In this document: in pieces, positions 36,141 to 45,251 of the stretch
Layout of the letters: each line of letters opens with the position of its first letter
Position numbering within the stretch: the stretch's first letter is position 1
Source: a virus
Strand: one strand, 5' to 3'
Length of the DNA: 64,000 bases
IMG/VR virus record: IMGVR_UViG_3300032087_005129
The notes under the pieces: model-generated
The model's input: the letters and a program-made list of their open reading frames with translations, nothing else
Database searches by the model: none
What the model was told of the DNA's origin: nothing
Program-made: the position numbers and the translations under genes

Positions 36141-36377
36141 ATGAAATTGAAAGTTGGCGATAAAGTATGGCTTCCATCTCGAAAGAAAGAAGCCGTCGTG
36201 ACTCAGATTGATACTATGTACAACTCAAAGTATCCACAATGGAGTCCACAATTTCAAGTTATGTTCTCTTCACCCATTTGGGGCGAAGAGTGTGAGTGGA
36301 TCAAACCCACTGAACGAATCACACGTTTTAGGTCTTTCAAGAGCAGAAAAGGAGAATATTATGCTCAAAGTTCGTAA
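36141..36377 (+). CDS. hypothetical protein (SH3-like)
   Basis: MKLKVGDKVW; AGGAG SD. Confidence 0.55.
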   Translation: MKLKVGDKVWLPSRKKEAVVTQIDTMYNSKYPQWSPQFQVMFSSPIWGEECEWIKPTERITRFRSFKSRKGEYYAQSS

Positions 36378-36702
36378 TCCAAATACTGGAAAATTTATGG
36401 AGCCAACCTCCAACAACTGTCTCGACTGTCATATCCCAGAAGAGGGAATGGTTAGCCGAGTCATGGCAAAAAGAGTTCACGACAACGATGTGTTGTTTAT
36501 GAACAATGGTACTGAGGTTCTCGTTGAGAAGGTCATCGAGTTCTGTGGTGGTCAAAACGCTGAGCCAATGATTTACATTGGTTTCGAAAATGAAAATGGC
36601 GACGGTCTTAACTTCCGTGGCTATCGTCCAAATGATCGTGTTTCGATCATTGAGACTCCTGAAAATCGCAAGATTCGTCGAGACAACAGCCGTCTTGCAT
36701 AA
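36361..36702 (+). CDS. hypothetical protein
   Basis: AGGAG SD before ATG 36361 (MLKVRNP). Confidence 0.55.
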   Translation: MLKVRNPNTGKFMEPTSNNCLDCHIPEEGMVSRVMAKRVHDNDVLFMNNGTEVLVEKVIEFCGGQNAEPMIYIGFENENGDGLNFRGYRPNDRVSIIETPENRKIRRDNSRLA

Positions 36703-36705
36703 TTT

Positions 36706-36939
36706 ATGAGTCAGTATAGATTGCACATTGATATTCCTCTCAACACAGATGGGAAAGTTCCTACAGAAGTGGTCGAAAAGATTATGACTGTATTTGATAA
36801 ATCAAATTTTTGTGTTGAAGGAATACAATGTGTAAACTATCGTCTTGGTCATGATGATGACCGTCAACGTTCAAACTATCTTGACATCAACGAGAACGGT
36901 CACTGTAGTAATAGGAAATCAAAAATTGTCTATGATTGA
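36706..36939 (+). CDS. hypothetical protein
   Basis: 77 aa; YRL.HD.DRQ.SNYL motif. Confidence 0.55.
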   Translation: MSQYRLHIDIPLNTDGKVPTEVVEKIMTVFDKSNFCVEGIQCVNYRLGHDDDRQRSNYLDINENGHCSNRKSKIVYD

Positions 36940-37023
36940 ATTTATTGGTTATTGCCTCGCACCATTTTTGTGCCTAACTCTTTTGACAACATTTATTGTT
37001 TGGTATGTGAAAGATAATTCTTA

Positions 37024-37524
37024 ATGATTGAGTTTGATTACACACTGGATTTTGACAACATCGATTACCGTGAAAATCCAGAAATGTATATTATTGGTCG
37101 AGGAGAACAAGGAGTATTGCTCTGTGAACCATACAAATCTGAAATCTGCAAACACTGGAGATTTCGAACGCCTGAAATCGCGTTCGCATCGGCAAATAGA
37201 ATTTACACTATGTTTAATGACTATCTTATTCGTGATGAGTTTGTTGGGGCTGATATGGCACGCAAGTTCCTTATGATGGGATGGACAAGAGCAAGAAGGT
37301 ATGCCAATCATCGTAACGGAAAGAAATACGATGATAAAGGTAGAATCAAACCACAAGAGTCTGATCATTGGACTTGTGATAAAGCAGAGTCGGCACGAAT
37401 TTTTAAGCGTGTATACGATGCAGCAAGAACAAACAAAACTTACAGAACAATGGTTCGTGAGTGGAGAAAAAAAGAGGAGAAACGCGCCGTGGGAGGAACT
37501 GGCACTTCTCAGTGCGACTTATAA
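37024..37524 (+). CDS. DUF4385-family protein
   Basis: IGRGEQGVLL.EPYKSEI..HWRF.TP..A...DMARKFL.MG.TRARRYANH. Confidence 0.88.
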   Translation: MIEFDYTLDFDNIDYRENPEMYIIGRGEQGVLLCEPYKSEICKHWRFRTPEIAFASANRIYTMFNDYLIRDEFVGADMARKFLMMGWTRARRYANHRNGKKYDDKGRIKPQESDHWTCDKAESARIFKRVYDAARTNKTYRTMVREWRKKEEKRAVGGTGTSQCDL

Positions 37525-37558
37525 TCGTGCAAACTTGGTTCGATTCCAAGACGGCGTA
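37484..37558 (+). tRNA. tRNA-Ile(TAT), non-canonical, overlapping the DUF4385 3' end
   Basis: GCGCCGT/ACGGCGT acceptor, loop CTTATAA, CTTGG-TTCGATT-CCAAG T-arm; G at position 8. Confidence 0.75.
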
Positions 37559-37559
37559 T

Positions 37560-37625
37560 TATAAATAAAGTAGAGTCGCTGATGTTCAGGACTCAAGTAT
37601 TACTCGCTTAGAAAAGGAGAACAAG
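37560..37625 (+). promoter_or_regulatory. late promoter plus ROSE-like RNA thermometer in the hsp20 leader
   Basis: TATAAATA; stem GAGTC-g-CTGA/TCAG-GACTC; CTC-G-CTT/AAG-GAG pairing the SD with a bulged G. Confidence 0.6.
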
Positions 37626-38048
37626 ATGATTAATACACAACACTTTGTCGGTTTATCCGAAAAATTCTGGAATGATATTAGTTGGTTCGAATCGCTACAA
37701 CAATCAACACAATCATTCCCGCCTTACGACCTTTTAAGGGTCGATGAAGACAACGCAGTATTGGAGTTTGCTCTTGCGGGATATGATAAAAACACCATTG
37801 AAATTAATGTTAACCCTACTGAAACGAATGTTCGCATTCTCGAAGTTTGTGGAGGGTCAAGTAATGGTGAGAACACTGATGAATCATACGAGCATCGAGG
37901 CATCGCACGCCGAAAGTTTACTACGAGAATCCCACTCTCACAATATTGGGAAGTCTCAGACGCAAAATTCGACAACGGAATCTTATCGGTGAATCTTCAC
38001 AGAAACGTGCCAGAAGAAAAGAAGCCAATTTCAATTAATGTTCAATAA
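37626..38048 (+). CDS. small heat-shock protein Hsp20
   Basis: FPPYD, LE.ALAG, HRGIARR.F, A.F.NG.L.V.L..VPEEKKP. Confidence 0.93.
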   Translation: MINTQHFVGLSEKFWNDISWFESLQQSTQSFPPYDLLRVDEDNAVLEFALAGYDKNTIEINVNPTETNVRILEVCGGSSNGENTDESYEHRGIARRKFTTRIPLSQYWEVSDAKFDNGILSVNLHRNVPEEKKPISINVQ

Positions 38049-38121
38049 TTTTAAAACCAAATAACCCCCTCGAACGTCCAGGATGAAATACGCTTGGACG
38101 TTTCATTATAAATATTACCGC

Positions 38122-38149
38122 TTGACACGATCTGTTTTTCTGTTATACT
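38122..38149 (+). promoter_or_regulatory. sigma70-like promoter (extended -10), likely leaderless mRNA
   Basis: TTGACA-N16-TATACT with TGn; ATG at 38156; TATAAATA also at 38107. Confidence 0.7.
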
Positions 38150-38155
38150 TAAAGC

Positions 38156-38716
38156 ATGAACATATTCGCTATTGATAAAGATCCTATTGTTTCTGCCCAG
38201 TCTATGTGCGACAAGCATATTGTCAAAATGATTCTTGAGGCTGGTCAAATGCTTTCTACTTCTCATCGTTATCTTGACGGTGAACTTTATTACGAAATGA
38301 GTAAGGGCGCCAAGCCTCGAAAAATTAAACGATGGCGATTAACTGACGAGCGTGAAGACATACTCTGGAAAGCAACCTTCTTACATCACCCATGTACAGT
38401 ATGGACATTCGAAACATCTGAAAACTATTCTTGGCATCAGAAGCACGCCAAGGCGTTGTGTGAAGAATACACATATCGCTATGGTAAAAGACACAGTGCA
38501 GAAAATCTTATTGACAAACTAGAGCAGTTGCCCTACAATATCGTAAAAGGTAAACTGACAAGATTCGCTGTTGCGATGCCCGAAGAGTACAAAGTTGAAG
38601 ACGCTGTTGAATCATATCGAAACTATTACAACGGCGCAAAATCTTATTTTGCAAAATGGACTAAGCGAGATGTTCCTGCTTGGTACACTGGAGTGTTTAA
38701 TAATGCCGACGTATGA
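38156..38716 (+). CDS. pyrimidine-dimer DNA glycosylase-like conserved phage protein
   Basis: MNIF..D.DP...A...CDKH.VKMILE..QMLST.H...HPCT.W...NY.W...L..EYTYRYGK.H...YR.YY. Confidence 0.7.
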   Translation: MNIFAIDKDPIVSAQSMCDKHIVKMILEAGQMLSTSHRYLDGELYYEMSKGAKPRKIKRWRLTDEREDILWKATFLHHPCTVWTFETSENYSWHQKHAKALCEEYTYRYGKRHSAENLIDKLEQLPYNIVKGKLTRFAVAMPEEYKVEDAVESYRNYYNGAKSYFAKWTKRDVPAWYTGVFNNADV

Positions 38717-38957
38717 CTACTGTTGCGAATCATGTGATTATGTATTCGAAGAGCAACTACTTATCAAAGATCGAAACAAACCTACAAAGAGACCATGTCC
38801 TAAGTGTGGTAAAAAAGACATAAAGAAAATGGTTGGTGCACCAGGCATTGGTGACGCAGTTTCTCTCGGTCGAAAAAAGATTGATAATGGCTTCCGTGAA
38901 GTCTTATCTAAAATTGAAGAGAAAACAGGACAACAAGTGCAAAGGAAATTTGATTAA
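38703..38957 (+). CDS. FmdB-family zinc-ribbon protein
   Basis: MPTYDY.C..C...FE...CP.CG...GF.EVLSKI. Confidence 0.8.
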   Translation: MPTYDYCCESCDYVFEEQLLIKDRNKPTKRPCPKCGKKDIKKMVGAPGIGDAVSLGRKKIDNGFREVLSKIEEKTGQQVQRKFD

Positions 38958-39670
38958 TGTTTGATCATGTAAACGTGGAACTTCCAGAAAGAAAAGTTCG
39001 AACCGACGAAAGCACAGGCAAACGATACTACATCATTGATGGTGTTGATGTACATTACCCATCAGTGACCACAGTTGTCAATCACGAAAACGAAGAGTTT
39101 TTTGCAGAGTGGCGTAAGAATCCTGAGAACGCAAAAATGGCTGCTCAGGCTGCTGCAAGAGGAAACAAGTATCACAATCTAGTCGAAGATTATCTCAACA
39201 ACAAAGAGATCGAAAGTATTCCTTTGTTTGAATCCTCAAAGTTTAAACTCGACAAGATCAACAACATTCGCGCCCTTGAGGTTCCTCTTTGGGGCGATGT
39301 GTTGGAGTTGATTCGTGAAAACTATGGGTTGAGCGTCAAGGGCAACTTTGGCGTTGCTGGTCGTGTTGACTGCATTGCAGAGTACGAAGGACAACTGGCA
39401 GTGATTGACTTCAAGACAGCAAAGCGTCCGAAGAACGTAGAAGACATCGAGGGCTACTTGATGCAAGCAACATGCTACTCTCTTCTTTGGGAAGGACTTA
39501 CAGGAGAAAAGATTCACGATGGTGTTATCATCATGGCTTGTGACGATCTCTCTTGCTCTGTTTATAAATTTAGAACTAAAAAACTCAACCGTCTCAATCG
39601 GTTGGTAGACATTATCAATTCATATCAACAAAAATACGGGAGACAAAATGGGATCAATATTCACAGTTAA
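38957..39670 (+). CDS. PD-(D/E)XK exonuclease
   Basis: YPSVTT, RG..H...E.YL, AGRVDCIAEY.G.L.VIDFKT, Y..Q..Y. Confidence 0.88.
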   Translation: MFDHVNVELPERKVRTDESTGKRYYIIDGVDVHYPSVTTVVNHENEEFFAEWRKNPENAKMAAQAAARGNKYHNLVEDYLNNKEIESIPLFESSKFKLDKINNIRALEVPLWGDVLELIRENYGLSVKGNFGVAGRVDCIAEYEGQLAVIDFKTAKRPKNVEDIEGYLMQATCYSLLWEGLTGEKIHDGVIIMACDDLSCSVYKFRTKKLNRLNRLVDIINSYQQKYGRQNGINIHS

Positions 39671-39878
39671 CACACGAGACTTTTCTAAAAAGGTCGAAGA
39701 TTGTGTAAAGAAAACCAAAATGACATATATGGATGCAGTGCTACATATTTGTAATGAACATGAGATTGAACCCGAAACTGTAAAAAAGTTTCTTACAAAA
39801 CCAATTAAAGAGAAAATTGAAAATGAGGCAAGAGGTCTTAACATGCTACCACGAAAAACGGAACTGCCATTCAAATGA
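39648..39878 (+). CDS. gp33: late transcription coactivator (T4 gp33-like)
   Basis: F...VE...YMDA....C....IE.E...K.....KEKIE.EA..LN.L...LP; precedes gp59. Confidence 0.85.
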   Translation: MGSIFTVNTRDFSKKVEDCVKKTKMTYMDAVLHICNEHEIEPETVKKFLTKPIKEKIENEARGLNMLPRKTELPFK

Positions 39879-40507
39879 GAACTAAAGTGAAAGGCTTTGA
39901 AGTTTATACCCTATACGTTGCCATGAAAGCACACTTCAAAACAAAGTCGTATGACTTTGTAAAGTTTGGTGGTAAGATTCGAAGTCGTATTTCTACATAC
40001 AACAATCGTAAAGACAAATACTACTTTGAAAAATTAGCAAAGAAGTATAGCGAAAGCGAAATCAAAGAGATTCTCTTGTCGAATATTGTTGAGAATGAAG
40101 ACATCTGGATCGGTGACACGTTTGATTCTGACGCAGAAGAAACTTGGAAAAAATGGAGATCAAAGAAAGATTCACTTGAAAGAGTTTTTAACAGCGAGTT
40201 TAATTCTATTTGCGAGTTTGCTGAAGAAAACAACATGAAGTTTGATGAGTTTTTTCAATCAAACGATGGTGACCATCCAGAAATATTGAAGTGGTATCTT
40301 CGTAAAGATATTTCGGTTGAAACCTTTTTGATACTTGACTCGCTACTAAGTTTTGTTTTACGATTGAATTGTGATTTAAAAGATGATGTGGTTTGGAATG
40401 AACACTCACAACGAATTAAGAAGTACCGTTCATTCTTTACAATCGACACAAAACGATTTCGTAAAAAAGCCTTGGATATTCTCAAAAAATATGAGATCCA
40501 AAAATAA
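39875..40507 (+). CDS. gp59: helicase loader (T4 gp59-like)
   Basis: Y..Y.A.K.HF...YDF.K.GK....R.DKY.FEKL...HP.IL..YL...IS.ET..KKY..F. Confidence 0.9.
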   Translation: MRTKVKGFEVYTLYVAMKAHFKTKSYDFVKFGGKIRSRISTYNNRKDKYYFEKLAKKYSESEIKEILLSNIVENEDIWIGDTFDSDAEETWKKWRSKKDSLERVFNSEFNSICEFAEENNMKFDEFFQSNDGDHPEILKWYLRKDISVETFLILDSLLSFVLRLNCDLKDDVVWNEHSQRIKKYRSFFTIDTKRFRKKALDILKKYEIQK

Positions 40508-40564
40508 ATAATAGTATACTTAAGCACATACGGAAATATACAGCAAATACAAGGAGAAAAAATT

Positions 40565-41515
40565 ATGTCGTATGCAGATTACAAAAACAGAAAGAAGAAG
40601 AATCTTGGCAATCTTCAAAAAGAATTAGAGAAGATTAACACCAAGACCACCAAATCTTATGAAGATGATCGTTACTGGAAACTCTCTTGTGACAAGTCAG
40701 GCAATGGTTACGCAATTGTTCGTTTCCTTCCTGCTTGTGGCAACGAAGACATTCCTTGGGTTCAAATCTTCAGCCATTCTTTTCAAGGACCAGGCGGCTG
40801 GTATATTGAAAAGTCTTTGACCACACTCGGTCAAAAAGATCCTGTCTCTGAAGCAAACACACTTCTTTGGAACAGCGGTATCGAAAGCGATAAGAAAATC
40901 GCTCGTGATCGTAAGCGTAAACTTCGTTATGTCTCAAACATTCTCGTTGTCAAAGATCCTGCAAACCCTGACAATGAGGGTAAAGTGTTCTTGTTTGAGT
41001 ATGGCAAGAAGATTCACGATAAGATCATCGAGAAGTTGTCACCACCTGAAGTTCCTGATGGGTTTACTCCTGAAGATCCTGTCAATGTGTTTGACTTCGA
41101 AGACGGGGCAAACTTTATGCTTCAAGCGGCTCAAGTTTCTGGTTATAGAAACTACGACAAGTCTAAGTTTGACAATCAATCTTCGCTGTTTGATGGTGAA
41201 GATTCCAAACTTGAAAAAGTCTACAACTCACTGCACTCACTTCAAGAGTTGGTTGCACCTAGTGAGTTTAAGACCTATGACGAACTCAAGGCCAAGTTTG
41301 ACAAAGTTGTTCATGGCGTAACGACTACCTCTTCTGCTGAGACTGCTCAAGAAGAAGACGTAGATCTTGCTGAAAAGATGTATGGCTCTAAGTCTAGCGT
41401 CACTGAAGACGTTGAGCAGACAATCAGCACAGGCTCTGATGAGAGCGAAACAACTGAGTCTGTTGAGCAAGATGATGCCTTCTCTTACTTTGAGAAACTT
41501 TCTCAAGAAGACTAA
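40565..41515 (+). CDS. gp32: single-stranded DNA-binding protein (T4 gp32-like)
   Basis: DKSGNGYA.VRFLP, H.FQGPGGWYIE.SLTTLG.KDPVSE, NEGKVFL..YGKKI, GANF, YRNYDKS.F, acidic tail SYFEKL. Confidence 0.97.
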   Translation: MSYADYKNRKKKNLGNLQKELEKINTKTTKSYEDDRYWKLSCDKSGNGYAIVRFLPACGNEDIPWVQIFSHSFQGPGGWYIEKSLTTLGQKDPVSEANTLLWNSGIESDKKIARDRKRKLRYVSNILVVKDPANPDNEGKVFLFEYGKKIHDKIIEKLSPPEVPDGFTPEDPVNVFDFEDGANFMLQAAQVSGYRNYDKSKFDNQSSLFDGEDSKLEKVYNSLHSLQELVAPSEFKTYDELKAKFDKVVHGVTTTSSAETAQEEDVDLAEKMYGSKSSVTEDVEQTISTGSDESETTESVEQDDAFSYFEKLSQED

Positions 41516-41536
41516 AAAGAAACCTTCTTTCTTCTT

Positions 41537-41567
41537 AGGGGATCGGCCTAGCCGGTCCCCTTTTTTT
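41537..41567 (+). terminator. intrinsic terminator between convergent genes
   Basis: AGGGGATCGGC-CTA-GCCGGTCCCCT followed by a T run. Confidence 0.85.
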
Positions 41568-42981
41568 ATACTTGCCCGACTCTGTTCAAACCACGAAGCA
41601 TACTTGTGATTGTTGGATCTTGAACTCTTGCTGGTGGTGCTGCGATAATTGGAACTTTGTTTCCAGAACCACCTCGTGAGTTTATTTGTGTTTGTGGTGC
41701 TACAACATTCACTGCGGGTGAAGAACCAAGAGCAAAGTTTTCATTGCTCAGATTGTTTACTAACGCACCAATGTTACTTGCAGGGCCAAGATACTTGTTA
41801 AACACAGAGTCTAAACTTGGTTTCAAATACTGATCACCAAAAGAACGAAGAGGTAGGATTGCTTCTGCCTGATTGTTTTCTGCGACTCTTGCGATCATAC
41901 CATCTGGAGAACCACTAACAATACCACCCTCTGCAAACTCTGGTACTTTAAGGCCTCTGAAAAAGTTAATAGTGCTTTCTGCAAGACCATCTGGTATTAA
42001 AAGATCCCCAACCGCAGTGCTGTTCAAATACTCAACAGTTGATGCGATTCCGCCTGTGATGAGATCAAACAGAGCGGATACTGGTTTTGTAAACAAATCG
42101 ACAATATCAAACTCACCAGTAAACAGGCCGTAGATGAGATCAAACGGTGCGGTGATCGCAGTCATAATTCCATCTGTGAAACTTTTCAGATAGTCAAAGT
42201 CAATCAAACCAAAAGTCAAGAAGTTCAGAAGACCTGCAAAGGCACCGCTGATACTTCCTTTTATCTTGTCAACAATAGTTCCTTCTGTGTTCACGAAGCC
42301 ACTGATGGCACCACTAATAATATCAATAGCACCCAGAACAATGTTTAGTGGTAAGAAAAGTTTAGATAAAAACTTAAATACAACAGGTAGAAGTTTTGTG
42401 AGTGGACGAAGTATTGTGCTTGCAACTTTGATAATTGGTTTGATTGCCTTCATAATTGGGCCGAAGAATTTGCCGACACCAGCAAAAACTTTTCCTATTT
42501 GCCCAACTGTCTTACCAATAAACTCAACAATCTTGACACCGAAAGAAGATTTGAATGCTTTGATTATTGGTCCAAAAATTGACGCTTGAACGACAGCCGC
42601 GAAGTCTTCACCAAACGCAAAAACACCGCCAGCAAGAGCAGCAAAGCCAAGTGCGAGATTTTTGAGAAACCCGCTACCAACACCTTCTTTGATCGATTCA
42701 GAAATACTTTGACCAAACTTTTTCAGAGAATCACCTATACCGCTAAACATACTGAGGAGTTTTTTTTGTTCTCTTTGTGCTTCTCTTCTGTTTTCAGCCT
42801 CTTTGATGTTGTTTTTCTTCTGACTATCAATAAGTTTGTCATTGTGTTCTTTGATGCTGTCTTTAATTTCTTCCAGAACTTGTGAATCGCTATCGGTGCC
42901 ACCACCGAGAGACTTTGTGTTTTCTTTCAAAGCCTTGACCAGTTCTTCCATGACCTTTATTGTTTTTGGATCGTCAACCAT
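41566..42981 (-). CDS. tape-measure-like / baseplate hub protein
   Basis: Helical Gly/Ile/Phe-rich repeats, FAEGGIV..AE..AEA.LPL motif; downstream of gp26/gp51. Confidence 0.6.
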   Translation of the reverse strand: MVDDPKTIKVMEELVKALKENTKSLGGGTDSDSQVLEEIKDSIKEHNDKLIDSQKKNNIKEAENRREAQREQKKLLSMFSGIGDSLKKFGQSISESIKEGVGSGFLKNLALGFAALAGGVFAFGEDFAAVVQASIFGPIIKAFKSSFGVKIVEFIGKTVGQIGKVFAGVGKFFGPIMKAIKPIIKVASTILRPLTKLLPVVFKFLSKLFLPLNIVLGAIDIISGAISGFVNTEGTIVDKIKGSISGAFAGLLNFLTFGLIDFDYLKSFTDGIMTAITAPFDLIYGLFTGEFDIVDLFTKPVSALFDLITGGIASTVEYLNSTAVGDLLIPDGLAESTINFFRGLKVPEFAEGGIVSGSPDGMIARVAENNQAEAILPLRSFGDQYLKPSLDSVFNKYLGPASNIGALVNNLSNENFALGSSPAVNVVAPQTQINSRGGSGNKVPIIAAPPARVQDPTITSMLRGLNRVGQV

Positions 42982-43162
42982 TTTTCCTACTCTTTAGTTC
43001 TTTGTTTTGTTTTTCCACATGATGTATAAGTTGCTGCATGTAGATTTGCCTTTCCCAAGGAATCATGTTTTCTATATCGGTCAAAGAGTAATTGAAATGG
43101 GTCATCATGTTAAAGTTCCAGATATAGTGATTCTTCAAGTTATCATGGAAAAGGCATATCAA
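42974..43162 (-). CDS. gp51: baseplate hub assembly protein (gp51-like)
   Basis: NF.MM.H..YSLT.IENMIPWER.IY...L; no good own start. Confidence 0.8.
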   Translation of the reverse strand: MICLFHDNLKNHYIWNFNMMTHFNYSLTDIENMIPWERQIYMQQLIHHVEKQNKELKSRKNG

Positions 43163-43848
43163 AAAAAATCATAAATGTTGTCGAATACAACCTTTTCTTT
43201 TTTGTTTGTTTTTGGATCTTCATATACTACTTCGTGATATAGTTTTGGCAACGCTTCGAAATAGTCTGTTAACATCTTAAATTGTGATTGTGTTAGACTT
43301 TCTAGAAATTGTTTTAGTTCAGACTTTGTGTAATCTTTCGACGAGTACACTCCGTTTTCGTCATAGATGGATTCGACACACTCAGTTAGTATGTCAAAAA
43401 GTTTTTCTGTCTCATCCTCACCCGTGACTTTCGAAACAGAAAATGTTGGCGCCTTTAGTTTGATACCAATCTTTTCGTTGAGTTTGATATCAGACTTGAC
43501 TCTTTTCTTTTTGATACCGATTGATGTCAAATCTACTTTTAGTTTTACTTTTTCGCCAGACTTCAACTCACGAATCAATTCTACAACTTCACCGACCGAC
43601 CTTGCTCGTAGTTGTAGAAACAAATACTCAACATCAACGAGTGGTAACTCATCAATGTTTAGATCACCTTCGACGCAGTTTGTCACAACTGTTCGAAGAG
43701 AGTTTAGAATCTCGCTTTGATTTTTTGATTCGCTGGCAATAAGAAGAATCTTTTCTTCTTTTACCAAAAATGGACGAAACTTAATTTTCTTTTCTGATAC
43801 GGGTAATGTTAAATCATATGTGGGTGTTGCAACAACCGGTAAAGGCAT
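43159..43848 (-). CDS. gp26: baseplate hub subunit (gp26-like)
   Basis: MPLP...PTY.L.LP...FRPFLVKEEKILL, D.EYLFLQLRA.SVGE, ends DFF. Confidence 0.9.
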   Translation of the reverse strand: MPLPVVATPTYDLTLPVSEKKIKFRPFLVKEEKILLIASESKNQSEILNSLRTVVTNCVEGDLNIDELPLVDVEYLFLQLRARSVGEVVELIRELKSGEKVKLKVDLTSIGIKKKRVKSDIKLNEKIGIKLKAPTFSVSKVTGEDETEKLFDILTECVESIYDENGVYSSKDYTKSELKQFLESLTQSQFKMLTDYFEALPKLYHEVVYEDPKTNKKEKVVFDNIYDFF

Positions 43849-43858
43849 AATCTACTCC

Positions 43859-44656
43859 TTATTCAATCTCTTCAAGTCGACCCCTTCGCTGTCCTGTAAG
43901 TATGTTCGTTAGCGTGCTTACAACATCAATTCTTGCTTGTGAGCCTGGTTCAAAAGCAATGGGTGAATTGCCTCTAAAGAAACCAGATAAACTCTTTATT
44001 GGTTCTAAGATACCAAACGATAGTCTTCCGTCTTCAACAATTCTCGCAAGCGTTCTAGAGTTTATCAGGCCACTGAAGATGTTGTTCTGAATAATCTCGA
44101 AGGTGTTCTTTGGATCACCGAGAGGTATGTACTGATGAAAAGCAAACGTGATTGACTGCTTAATCATTTCTTTTGAACTATGATCTAAAGATATCTCACC
44201 TATTGTTTCTGGATAAACACCAGTTACAAGCGAATTAAAGATCTCTCGATCCTCGTGATCGTAAATACGAATAATGGCAACTGCGGCATACTCATCATAG
44301 AACTTTACGTTTTGTGTTTCTTTATTGATGATTGCATTTTGCCAAGATTCAAATATCAATCTTTCAAACATATCTTCGCCTACACGAAACGTGGCTTCGA
44401 ATGTGTTTGTGTAGTTTTTAGCATATGGCATCTTTTTGATTGGGCCATAAATCTTTGCTTCTGCTGTTGAGATACCTTGACCAGGCATCGAAACATTTTC
44501 ACAAGTAATGTAAAAACGTAGATTTCTTCCTGAAGTAAAAAGCGGCAACTCACCATCAAATGGTCCACCAATAAACTCAAGCGAAAAACGATTCGCCGAA
44601 CTGTAACTGAAGTTGCCAATGTTTGCGACAACATCGCTGATAAAGAACTTAGGCAT
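43859..44656 (-). CDS. baseplate-tail tube initiator (gp54-like)
   Basis: NRF...CE.VS.PG...G...KMPY...F.V....ER..FE.WQ...YP..I..I.L; start at 44656. Confidence 0.7.
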   Translation of the reverse strand: MPKFFISDVVANIGNFSYSSANRFSLEFIGGPFDGELPLFTSGRNLRFYITCENVSMPGQGISTAEAKIYGPIKKMPYAKNYTNTFEATFRVGEDMFERLIFESWQNAIINKETQNVKFYDEYAAVAIIRIYDHEDREIFNSLVTGVYPETIGEISLDHSSKEMIKQSITFAFHQYIPLGDPKNTFEIIQNNIFSGLINSRTLARIVEDGRLSFGILEPIKSLSGFFRGNSPIAFEPGSQARIDVVSTLTNILTGQRRGRLEEIE

Positions 44657-45251
44657 TCTTTGTGCTTTCTCTGTGAACCACAGACTCTTTTTCTTTCTTG
44701 AATCTTGCAAGCGGTAACGCTGCTGCGATTTCCCACTCTGTGGCAGGTATCTCAACAATCTGAGATTTTATATGCCGACTCAAGTATCGCTTTATACATG
44801 GCTTAACGCCTCTATATTTAGCAAAGTTCATTATGGTTTTGTATCTTACTCTCGCCAAACTCTTTTCTGTGGGTGGTGTCTTAGTGAGAAGTTTCATAAA
44901 CTTTGAAAGAAGATTCATTCGAAGTTTGATTGGCAAGTAATGAAGATTGACACCCAAGAAACCATCTTTGTATATCTCTAAAATAATTATCATCGGGAAG
45001 GTGTCGTAGTAAGGAAGTTTTTTCTTTGTCTTTGGATCATAGTTAAAGAAATACATCTTACCGCGTATTTGTGCTGCTGATGCTCTACCTTTTCTGACTT
45101 GGGATGCAAGAACTCTTTTTGATATAGGCTTACGCTTTAGGCTTCGTATTTTTTCTACGATCCATTTGCGAGCCTTCGTCTTGCTTGTAAACCCCTCGGC
45201 TTCAAGTTCCTTTTGAATATTTCCAATTACGTTTTCTCTTTTTTCAACCAT
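44649..45251 (-). CDS. gp2: DNA end protector (gp2-like)
   Basis: G.MYFF.YDPK.K..LPYYD.FP...GFLG.NLHYLP...KPCIKRYL..H. Confidence 0.9.
   Translation of the reverse strand: MVEKRENVIGNIQKELEAEGFTSKTKARKWIVEKIRSLKRKPISKRVLASQVRKGRASAAQIRGKMYFFNYDPKTKKKLPYYDTFPMIIILEIYKDGFLGVNLHYLPIKLRMNLLSKFMKLLTKTPPTEKSLARVRYKTIMNFAKYRGVKPCIKRYLSRHIKSQIVEIPATEWEIAAALPLARFKKEKESVVHRESTKNA

Noticed and set aside
38074-38101. TTGGACGTT shared with the regA leader as a regulatory motif
   Set aside because: Only two copies with different spacing to the late promoter; here it is one arm of a simple hairpin after hsp20.
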